From positions 29,078,001-29,142,000 of the forward strand of contig NC_043010.1 in the NCBI RefSeq assembly GCF_006345805.1: 64,000 nucleotides of DNA. Reading direction: 5' to 3'. Both the position numbers and the translations under genes were made by a program. Of this stretch, positions 1 through 10,769 are shown one piece after another; positions within the stretch are counted from its first letter, which is position 1, and every line of letters starts with the position of its first letter. The notes under the pieces are model-generated. The model was given only the letters and a program-made list of their open reading frames with translations, had not been told where the DNA came from and ran no database searches. This DNA comes from Octopus sinensis (Eukaryota).

Positions 1-48
1 CTACAGACGCGTTTCAGGGTATTTGCCCTTTGTCAATGTAGCGTAGGC

Positions 49-364
49 GATTAATTCCACCCTTCTATCTGAAATCTATAGATTACGTTGTTTTCAGAGA
101 TGTTGATGACTGCTGTATATGGTGAGTTACACGCACAACACGCCACAGGCTTTTTTCGAACATAAAATATATATCCGCTTGTTTAATGTTATGTTTAATG
201 TTATGTTTAATGTTATGGCCATAACATTAAACAAGCGGATATATATTTTATGTTCGATAAAAGCCTGTGGCGTGTTGTGCGTGTAACTCACCATATACAC
301 CAGTCATCAACATCTCTGAAAACAACGTAATCTATAGATTTCAGATAGAAGGGTGGAATTAATC
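49..364. repeat. Near-perfect spacerless palindrome (fold-back), probably PLE-derived
   Basis: Left arm gattaattccaccttctatc...tgttatgg is the reverse complement of ccataaca...gatagaagggtggaattaatc. Centre at 218/219. About 2 mismatches and 1 indel; the left arm carries two extra copies of tttaatgttatg. Confidence 0.9.
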
Positions 365-589
365 AAACTATAAATATTAAAGAGATATAACAAAAGTAAT
401 CACACAGAAGAAGAACAACAGCGAAGATAAATTCATTAAATTTATATTTAGAAATTGTTACCCATTGAATCGTAATTTTGAGTTTCATGTTTCGGAAAGA
501 AAAATTATAAATGCAGAAAATTTTATTTAAAAACATACAGAAACATCCCGAAACAAGAACGAAATCAAAGAAATATCTTTTATAAAGAA

Positions 590-640
590 ATGGCGTTGCA
601 TGCATCGTGTTTACTGGAGATTTTTTTGGTCTCCTGTTTG
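590..640 (+). CDS. Candidate first coding exon (signal-peptide-like MALHASCLLEIFLVSCL) of the PAN-module membrane protein
   Basis: ATG at 590, 17 mostly hydrophobic codons, then GTAAGT at 641 (phase 0, compatible with the 15575 exon). It sits at the edge of a repeat also present near 38280-38470, so it may be fortuitous. Confidence 0.3.
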
Positions 641-1199
641 GTAAGTTGGAGTATAATTTAATTGAGATATTTAGAATTTGATCGATTGATTAACTGAAAA
701 TTTGGATTAATTCTTATGCATTTTTGTGACCGTTGGCGATTTGATTTTGCTTTTTATGTTTTGCTAAACTGCAAAGAGAAGGGCATTTTTCTTCTATTCA
801 CTGGGTACTAATGTATATATTTATTCTATGTGTGTGTGTGTGTGTGTTCTGGCGTGGGGCCTGGTGATAAGAGTGCTGCACTCATGATCGTAAAATTGTG
901 GTTTCGATTACTGGAAATGGTGATATATTTTGCTCTTGAACACAATACTTCATTTCACGTTACTCCAGTCCACTCAAAGAGCAAAAATAAGTATTCCGGC
1001 GTCGGACTAGGGTCCCGCTCAGTGGGAGATTTATATACACCACACACACACTCATGTATATAATTAGGCCTGTCTGCAAAAAATTTTCTTCCCCCAAATT
1101 TTTTGTTTATGGAGAAATGTTCTCCGTGCAGGCACCAGTCTTGTGCTACCATCGATTGATAATTCTGGTTATCCTTCGAGTGATTATGTATTAATGTTT

Positions 1200-3099
1200 A
1201 TGGTTGGTTACTTTAACCATTCTTAGTACTTTCCACTTCTGAAAGTTCAGTTGTCCCTGTAAAGGCTTCATTATTTTTGCTATAGGAGAAGTAATTAATA
1301 GTTTAAAGAAAACAGAGAATACAAATAGAATATTTCCTTTTTAAATCCTTATACAGTCATATTAAGTTCTTCTTTTGCCTACGTGACGTTTCAACCATTT
1401 GTTAGTGTTCATACTTGCTCTTTAAAGTGCGTTATGATGTAATAAATAAGCAATGGTCATTTTAACTGCTATTTTTCATTTCTCCCGAATGGAGAATTAT
1501 TCTAATTGAATGGGAAAACTTTTGTTCCCTTATTCAACTGCATGGTAGATACTGTTCTAAAAATAACTCAAAACTGACTTTTTGACCCGACTGGTCAAGG
1601 GAGGAAATTGTCGCCAAAATCTAGGTCATGTTACTATTCTTCGATTTTGGTTTTTTGATAAAAAAACATTAATCATTGTTTTTTGTAAGGTAGTCAGGAC
1701 TTTCATTCGATTACTACTAATTTTATACTGTTCGTGCATCAGGCCCTTAAGGTGTTTTTCTGTGTTTTTATTATTCATAATTTAATATTTTAATACTGGT
1801 AGGTACTTGATTGTATTCGTTCTTATGCTATTGTTATTTATATAATCGCTATTGTTATTAGTATTAATATTATTTGTAATTATTAATGTGTTAATATGAA
1901 TAGATAAGTTCGTTATATTTTTTCGTATATCTAATTTATATTATGGATACCCAATTTATTGATATCATATTTTTAGTCTCATAATATTTATTTATCATAT
2001 TACTATATTAACCTTAAGTTTTCATTTCTAATATGTCCCCGAGACAGGTTTATTTATTCTTCTTATTCTTCAGTGTTTTGTATCTATCATGCATATGTTT
2101 ATTTTTATGGACATGACTCATTGCTAATTAATTTAGGTTTTGATATCATAGTCTAGTATATTTTCTTTAACGTATTTCCTTTACGTCCCCTCACATCTGC
2201 CTTTATATGTTTTGCTCGTATTAGTATTAGTGATATTAATATTAATATTTTAAAAAATTATTAATCTAGATATGTATCTCACTGTTGTTGTTCAATATTT
2301 AATTTTATATTGGAATACTTAGTTTGTTATTCTCATATTGGTATCATATTTTATGATATTATCTCTCTATAGTATTTATTATTCAATTATATTGGATAAT
2401 TAATTTTTATTATTAGATTGACTTATATTTTATATTTCTAGTATATCCCATACTCCATTCATGTTTCCAATATGCCCTATACCCGAGTTTCTTTTATTAT
2501 TACTATTATATCTTTATTTGTACCTATTGTACATATATTTAGCTTTATAAGCACAACTTTATCCTATTTCCCACGTATTGTTAATTAATTTACGTTTTGA
2601 TGTGATAATCTGGTAAATTTCTTCGACATATAGTTCCCATCTTTTTCTCCCTCTGCAGTAAGCTTTTACCTGGTCAATTATTTCCCACGTAAGTGTATAG
2701 TCCTTATTTTTATCTAATCGACCAAATTAGTTTGCTTAAGCACGTACTCTTTCCTTTGTGTATATCCTTAAAAGTTTTTTCATGATTTGCTATCCTTCTT
2801 TTTATATAATTTTTCGTAGCTCCTATATAATAATATTCTTGCTCTTCTGATGTAATATTGCATCTACATATAACTTCTTTTACCCTACATTTAGAATTGA
2901 GCAGATATTGCCATCTCTTGGCAGAATCACAAGTTTTATTTTTTGGAATACTTTCTGTTTATCTATTATCTATTATGCTTTCAGAGTTTTCTTCTACATT
3001 TCTATTTTCTGGGTTTAGAGTAGTTTTCGTTCGTCCAAGATTATGGAGTTTTATCAATCTCGTCTTTATAATAAGATATATGTATGTATATATATATAC

Positions 3100-3180
<81 letters not shown>

Positions 3181-4200
3181 ATATATATATATATTATATA
3201 TATATATATATAATATAAAATAATATATATATATAATATTATATATATGATATATATATATATAATATATGACATATATGCATGTATATAATATATGATA
3301 TTAGGCGCAGGAGTGGCTGTGTGGTAAGTAGCTTGCTTACCAACCACATGATTCTGGGTTCAGTCCCACTGCATGGCACCTTGGGCAAGTGTCTTCTACT
3401 ATAGCCTCGGGCCGACCAAAGCCTTGTGAGTGGATTTGGCAGACGGAAACTGAAAGAAGCCCGTCGTATATATGTATATGTATTTATATATATATATATA
3501 TAGATATATATATATGTATGTGTGTGTGTGTGTGTGTGTGTTTGTGTGTCTGTGTTTGTCCCTAACTCTCATTCGTTTTGTGCCTCCAATATTTATCACA
3601 ACATAACTCTTTATTCATTATGTAATCTTTATTCATATGTAATTTTATATGTATTTTTATGTTTTTATATTTCTTCTATATTTTAATGCATGTTTGGCTT
3701 TATTATTTATACCTTTGGAGAATCTTTACGCCTGTACATGCATGATTTATGGTGATGTGTATAAATATTTATGATTCAATTACATTGATTGAATATCTTC
3801 ATTTATGTGTTCGGGAATTTGTTCGACTGCCTATGACTTGCGTTTTCAATCTCCTTTACTCTGGTTCTTTTTCGCATTGGCTCTCTATATGAGTTCAGTT
3901 AGATATTAACTAAAACTAGTTTTTTTAATACCTAACCGGACGCACATATCTTTTTTCTCATAAGGATAAACATGAATCTCCTCGGCGCTATTCTGCTATT
4001 TCCTTTCTCAATGTAAAAATGTTGATTATATTTCTTGCACTGAAAAGCACAGAGATTTAATTAATTCTATTCAATCATGAATTTGCATGATTTTTATATC
4101 ACTGTACGAAACAATCAACTGCATAAATTAAAATTCTCTTATATATTTTAACATCTTCACTTCTCCACTTTATCAAAATTGTTGAGTTTTATGGAATTTC
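1200..4200 (-). mobile_element. Decayed Penelope-like element (GIY-YIG endonuclease and RT remnants), interrupted by microsatellites and a SINE
   Basis: Minus-strand translation of about 2560-3060 gives VKEVICRCNIT..YYYIGATKNYIKRRIANH..KSTCLSKLIW and YTLTWEIIDQVKAYCRG, similar to the endonuclease at 61800-62150. Boundaries approximate. Confidence 0.6.
3304..3570 (+). mobile_element. tRNA-derived SINE (family A), 3' truncated
   Basis: Head ggcgcaggagtggctgtgtggtaag...gggttcagtcccactg with A/B-box-like motifs. Reverse-complement full-length copy at 57636-58036. Confidence 0.85.
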
Positions 4201-4232
4201 TTTCTACAAATTCACAACACACCATATACAAG

Positions 4233-4327
<95 letters not shown>

Positions 4328-4382
4328 CCTGTGTATATATATATATATACATATATATACTTATATATATGTATATATATAT

Positions 4383-4421
<39 letters not shown>

Positions 4422-4469
4422 TATATATATATATTATATATTATATATATATATTATATATATATATAT

Positions 4470-4501
<32 letters not shown>

Positions 4502-4503
4502 TG

Positions 4504-4535
<32 letters not shown>

Positions 4536-4592
4536 ATATACATATATATACTTATATATATGTATATATATATATATTATATATTATATATA

Positions 4593-4673
<81 letters not shown>

Positions 4674-4692
4674 ATATTATATATATATAGTA

Positions 4693-5275
4693 TATATAAA
4701 TTTATATATGAGGATAATATCGATATTTAAGTATCCATATTATCAAGTGGCCAGCATGGGAAAAATACCGTACAAAGGTAATAATTTTTAACAATTAAAA
4801 ATGAGGGTGTCTAAGAGACACCAACATGCCGAAATAGCAGTCGAAACTCTGACTATAAAAACCACGTTAAGTGTTCGTATCGCACCATGAGATAAGACAG
4901 AGGGACAAAATATACAAGCAAAAATTATTGAATAATTCAAGATCCAGGATTTCTGGTTTTGCTTTAAATAAGCTTTACCGTCATCGGTTGAATATATCAA
5001 GAGTACATAAATACAGATATATATATGCAGAACAAACGATATAGTTACGTATACGAACGTCCATACATAAATACATATGCACGTATGCACGCGGCCAGTT
5101 AAATTACCCGCCGAAACATCCCATAAGTACGATACGGTTAAAATAAACACCGCAGTGAATATAATAACGAATTATATAAATTTATATATGAGGATAATAT
5201 CGATATTTAAGTATCCATATTATCAAGTGGCCAGCATGGGAAAAATACCGTACAAAGGTAATAATTTTTAACAAT
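4693..5275 (+). repeat. 103-bp identical direct repeat (4693-4795 and 5173-5275) flanking about 380 bp
   Basis: tatataaatttatatatgaggataatatcg...ggtaataatttttaacaat occurs twice at an offset of exactly 480 bp. Confidence 0.9.
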
Positions 5276-5454
5276 ATGTTGCTCTGTTTACGTCCCCGTA
5301 ACTTAGCAGCTCAGCAAAATATACCTATGGAATAAGTACTAAGCTTACAAAGAATAAATCCTAGGGTCGACTTCTACGACTAAAGGCGGTGCTCCGGTAT
5401 GGCCGCAATCCCTGACTGAAACAAATAAAACAATAAAAAAATTATGCCGTTTCA

Positions 5455-5484
5455 ATTCCGGGCAACGCCGGGTATCTCTGCTAG
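5455..5484 (+). mobile_element. Helitron 3' end
   Basis: GC hairpin ccgggcaacgccggg followed by CTAG then T; same end motif at 20586-20612 and 45758-45787. Confidence 0.6.
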
Positions 5485-5584
5485 TATATAATATATATAT
5501 ATATATAACTTTGGGTAGTCATTGGTTATTCTAGGTCAGTATGTCACAACAGGCTACAACTGCCCTCAGCAATATAAGCGACTT

Positions 5585-5657
<73 letters not shown>

Positions 5658-5661
5658 CACA

Positions 5662-6925
5662 TATCAAGTATTCTACCATTTTTAAAATTGAATGAAATTT
5701 AATCGTATTTTAGAATGTCTAATGGAATTAAAAATTATTTTGATGCATTTGTGTGCATTTAAACTCATTAAATATTATTTTACAGAATAATAGAATTAAA
5801 ATTTCTTTGATTAAAAACCTTTCTAACATGGAAGTACCTAAAGAGCATTTGAGGCACATAATGCTTTATGTGTACAAAAAAGGAAACTCTACAGCTGAAG
5901 CGACTCGAAACATATACCCAGTTTATGGGAAAGAATGCTTGAATGAAAGAACTTGCAGAAGATGGTTTACAAAATTCAGAAGTGGAGATTACAGCCTTGA
6001 TGAAGATCAAACAGGACGTCCAGTTGAGTTTGATGATAATCTCCTTGAGGCATTACTTGAAGAAAATCCTGTATTATCAGTTGAAGAAATGGCAATAAAG
6101 CTTATTTCAAACCATACAACTGTTCATCGTCATCTTCAACAACTTGGAAAGGTTCCTAAACTTGGAAAAAGAGTGCCTCATGAATTGTCCGAAAGCAACC
6201 GCAAATCCTGAGTTGACATCTGCTCTTCTCTTCATTCTTGCGAACTCATTTCACTCTTTTTGGATAGACTGGCGACTGGTGACGAAAAATGGATCTTCTA
6301 TCGAAATGTTAAACGTCGTAAACAGTGGCTTTGTAAAAGGGTAAAAGCTCTGAGAAGGGAACTTCATGGGAAAAAGGTTCTTCTCTCCATCTGGTGGGAT
6401 TGCAAAGGAGTAATTCACTTTGAATTGTTACCACCTAATGCAACAATCAATGCTCAAGTCTACTGTCAGCAATTAGAGCGTTTGAATCAAGCTTTGAAGA
6501 AAAAAAGACCCGCTTTAGTGAATCGAAAAGGAGTGATGTTTCATCAGGGCAATGCTTAACCCCGCACTGCAAAGATCACATCACAGAAGATCGAAGAGCT
6601 TGGTTGAGAAAAAATTCCTCATCCACCTTATTCTCCCGAGATTGCTCCTTCAGACTACCATTTGTTTCGTAGTTTAAAGAATCATTTGGGGGACATAACT
6701 TTCAGAAGCCAGGAGGAGGTCGAAACTGACATTTCAAAGTTCTTCGCTTTGAAACCAAACGAGTTTTACAGTGCAGTGATGAGATTAAAAAGCTTGTAAA
6801 AAGATGGAAGGAAGTCATAGATAATCAGGGAAATAACTTGATGATTAAATTTCAATTAAATATAACATTTGATCACTTGTTTCCTTTATTCAAAATTCGA
6901 ACAGAACTTATGGGATGACCTGATA
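5662..6925 (+). mobile_element. Mariner (DD34D, Hsmar1/SETMAR-like) transposon, pseudogenised, left TIR damaged
   Basis: MEVPKEHLRHIMLY..RRWFTKFRSG HTH, RVPHEL, DRLATGDEKWIFY and YSPEIAPSDY motifs with stops/frameshifts. Right TIR acagaacttatgggatgacctgata then TA. Same family as 47494-48729. Confidence 0.95.
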
Positions 6926-6944
6926 TATATGAAGCAACGACCTG

Positions 6945-7135
6945 GCAATCGTAAGCACGCCGGGTTAAATGCTTAGCGGTATTTCGTCCGCCTTGACGTT
7001 CTGAGTTCAAATTCCGCCGAAGTCGCCTCTGCCTTTCATCCTTTCGGGGTCGATAAATTAAGTATCAGTGAAACACTGAGGGTCGATGTAATCGACTATC
7101 CCCTTACCCCAAATTTCAGGCCTTGCTCCTATAGT
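6945..7135 (+). mobile_element. SINE (family B)
   Basis: gttctgagttcaaattccgccga..tttcatcctttcggggtcgataaattaagta core, repeated at 18425-18830, 23170-23770, 36040-36170 and 40985-41190. Confidence 0.8.
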
Positions 7136-7275
7136 ACAAAAGATATATATATATTGTTGTATTTAGGAATGGTCATTTTGCCAGTTTAGCCAATAAATCT
7201 TGCAAAACAAATATATAAACGTAAGATATATATATATATATATTATATATATTATATATATATATATTATATATA

Positions 7276-7309
<34 letters not shown>

Positions 7310-7311
<2 letters not shown>

Positions 7312-7500
7312 CCACAGCTCTTCAATATCATCCCGAAGGACCTCAGAGACCTGCATGGGGTGGATGTAGGTGTTTTCAAAATAAAACTGGACCTCTTCCT
7401 GTCAGGTGTCCCAGAGGAACCAACTTCGCGGCATGAGGTGCAGATAAGGGAAGCTGCATCAAACTCTCTCATGCACCAAATGTCAATTGCTAAAAAGCAT
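7310..7500 (+). mobile_element. CR1/L2-like LINE 3' fragment
   Basis: Translation ..DVGVFKIKLDLFLSGVPEEP..REAASNSL resembles the CR1-group ORF2 C-terminus. Confidence 0.5.
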
Positions 7501-7584
7501 TCGTGAAGTAAAATTATGTAGCAACACCAAATGGCAGTGCCCCAGCTTGGCCACAGCTCATGAGCTGAAACTATATATATATAT

Positions 7585-7615
<31 letters not shown>

Positions 7616-7654
7616 AATATATATATTATATAATATATATATATATATTATATA

Positions 7655-7785
<131 letters not shown>

Positions 7786-8346
7786 TAAAAAAATATTAAT
7801 TTATAATTAATAAATTTCACCAAGTAGTTTCGGTGTGGAAAAGAACCGTATTCGGTAAAAACTTATACAAGAAGTTTTATATATAATTATAACGATAATT
7901 AAGGGTTTAGCAATAAGTTGCTTAACCATATACCGAAAAATTTTAAAATAGCAGCCAAAAGACCGTTATTTTTTCGCTAAATATGATTCCATAGATAACA
8001 CTCTCTGTAACTCACACAGGCAAAAAAGAAGGAAATAATGAAATCAAATAGTCTTCGGTTAATTATGGACGCGTTTCTGGATTAGAATTATAAAACTTAT
8101 TTCCTTATCAACATAATATTCCGATAATTATAAATTAGAAAATGCATTTCTGACCAAGCGCCATCAGAACATCACACAAGGCAGTTAGCATATCCGAATT
8201 TATATAGACAAGTGAAATTCATATTTCCCCCCAATTTTTTACCATGTGCGTCACGAGACAGTACTGCAGAAAATAGATCCGCAGCTTTTTTTGTTATCAG
8301 GGAGTAAAATAATCAATATAGATATTGGGTAAAAAAATTTAAAAAA

Positions 8347-8492
8347 TTAATTTGTCAAAATATTTTCGTCGCTTTGAGACCGCGACCTGTTCACTGACAA
8401 AACTCCGTGCTGTATCTGCTCAGATGCAGCACGGAGTTTTGTCAGTGAACAGGTCGCGGTCTCAAAGCGACGAAAATATTTTGACAAATTAA
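8347..8492. repeat. 146-bp palindrome (72-bp arms, 2-nt loop), MITE-like
   Basis: ttaatttgtcaaaatattttcgtcg...gtatctg-ct-cagatgc...cgacgaaaatattttgacaaattaa. The single mismatch is a G-T wobble. Confidence 0.95.
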
Positions 8493-9039
8493 ATTTAAAT
8501 GTTGAAGTGAATGTAACGGTTTTTGTGTGTTTCTTAAATGGCTTATAAACACCTTCCACGCTGCATATACATATACATATACATACATACATACATACAT
8601 ACATACATACATACATACATACATACATACATACATACATACATACATACATACATGCATGCATGCATACATACATACATACATATAAAAACATATAGAA
8701 TATATCTATCGTATTTCGAGGTTTTCGGTTAATGAGAATATATTTAAGCAAAATCAAACTTATTATAACCATGCATTATTGGAAGGTTTACTTTATTCAT
8801 AATAATAATAATAATAAAGTTCCAGAAAATGATAAGTTTATTGAGATGTTGAAAATTAATAAGGATTATAAGAACACTTAAAATTTAAGTAGCAACAACA
8901 ACAATAACAACAACAACAACAACAACAACAGCAACAACAACAATAATAATAATAATAATTAATTCTTTTTATTGGCCACAAGGGCTGACAAATATGATTG
9001 GAAAACATAGAGGGACAAAACAGGACGAAAGGTTACAAA

Positions 9040-9720
9040 AGGTTTTGTCCGTTTGTGAAAAATAAACGAGTAAAAAGCAGTTTAACAATAAAAAATTTTA
9101 ACAACGAAAAACTCCTAATAGAGGGGACGCTTCTAAAAAAAAAGAAAAGGTCTCACGTGGGAGAAACCCATAAAAGCCACGGGAGCCTGGTCAAAAGCGG
9201 GGTAGAGAGCTCCTTTCTCCTTTTATAATACCTTTTTCAATTACAGGCGAAACCTCAGAATTGGTCCATTTATACTGGCCATTCTTGCACAATTCACCCA
9301 CCTTTCAGAAAACTTGCTATCAGACAGCACTCTCCTCTCTAACCACATCTTCCTTTTCAAGTGAAACTTGAAAAAGTTGATGAGGTCTTGACCAAAGAGG
9401 AAAGTGTGTGACCTTAGCCCTTTCAAACGGGTCCACCATACAACCTCTTTCGCCACAGCCACTAGGCACAGGAAAACTGCCTTGCCCTCCTTGTTAAAGG
9501 AGGTCGGCGGGGCAATCCTCACTATGGATTCAGCTGATAGCCGGATCCGTCCTATACGCGACAGTAGCTGTTCGACATAAACCCATAGTTCAGCAATACT
9601 CGGCCACTGGACGAGTGCGTGCAGAACGGTTTCGTCGTCCTGTCAACACCTCGGGCAGGCCCGGCTGACGGCACTTCTGTGCCGGTAGAGTTTATCTCGA
9701 ACAGGCAGAGCTCCTCGGTA
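9040..9720 (-). mobile_element. L1/Tx1-like LINE ORF2 C-terminal fragment
   Basis: ORF 9241-9522: LVAVAKEVVWWTR..FFKFHLKRKMWLERRVL..FSERWV, typical of the Tx1/L1 ORF2 tail. Confidence 0.55.
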
Positions 9721-9739
9721 GCAAATAATAATAATAGTA

Positions 9740-10420
9740 ACATGGAATGTATTAAAAGGTATTCTCGTAGGGAAAATATATACGTTCCTTGCGGAAAACA
9801 ACTTACTGCCAATAGAACAAAAGGGTTGTGGAAAAGTATCCAATGGCACCAAGGACAACCTTATGATAGACAAGGTCATAATGAAGAACTGTAAACAGTA
9901 CCAAAAAGAAAACAAAAAAAAAAACGAAAAGACTTATGCATGGCCTGGGTAGACTTCAAAAATGTTTACAACATGTTGCCGCACACGTGGATTTTGGAAA
10001 CACTCGACGTGTGTGGAATAGCTGAGAACGTGTGTGCACTGATTAAGAACGATATGCCTAGTTGGAAAACACGTCTCTCCTGTAACAACCAGCTCTTAGC
10101 CGAGATAATAATCAAAAGCGGTATCTTCCAAGGAGACTCTTATTCACCTCTGTTATTTGTTATAGCTTTGAAGCAAGTTCTCTTCGAACAATTCCCAACA
10201 GAAAGGTCAGTTGGAAGGCTACTCTCGCACTTCAAAAACAAACTAAAAGACAATCTGAAGCGATGCAATATTCCCTTTTCTTCCTGGTAAGATAAAGCAT
10301 CAGAATGTAGGACTTGGCGCCAGTTCTGCTTCTCCTTAGGTCAAAGATTTGGGCAAAGTCGACTCCAACATCGGGGCCAATTTCATGCAAGCATCAGGAC
10401 ATGCTGTCAAAACGCTGATC
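9740..10420 (+). mobile_element. R4/Dong-like RT fragment fused to an RTE-like LINE 3' fragment
   Basis: EQKGCGK..GTKDNLMIDKVI, MAWVDFKNVYNMLPHTW and GIFQGDSYSPLLF (RLE-type RT), then KQVLF..RSVGR..FKNKLKDNLKRC (RTE tail). Confidence 0.75.
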
Positions 10421-10703
10421 TTCTAAATAGAAGCCTTACCTGTCACTGTGGTTTTGTAGCACGAAGCAAAGCAGGCTTTGCCATCCACTCAAGAAAATAC
10501 ATAGTGAATGCCCTACAAGAACTCAAGCAAAATGAGTACTCAACTTGTTTCATTTGCCAAAATGTTTGCAAGGCACCAACAGGCCTCAAGAGAGCATGAT
10601 TAACGCTTTATTTTACTGAACCCTCATTTGCCGTTCACGACAAGAGAATCCATCTTATAATATATATACGTATATATTATTATATATTTAATATATATAT
10701 ATA

Positions 10704-10748
<45 letters not shown>

Positions 10749-10769
10749 CGGGAAGCTTTATGAAAATAA

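Noticed and set aside
2858-4791. IY-repeat ORFs (also many YI/CV/HT/ER ORFs across the window)
   Set aside because: Products of (AT)n, (GT)n, (AG)n and (ATAC)n microsatellites.
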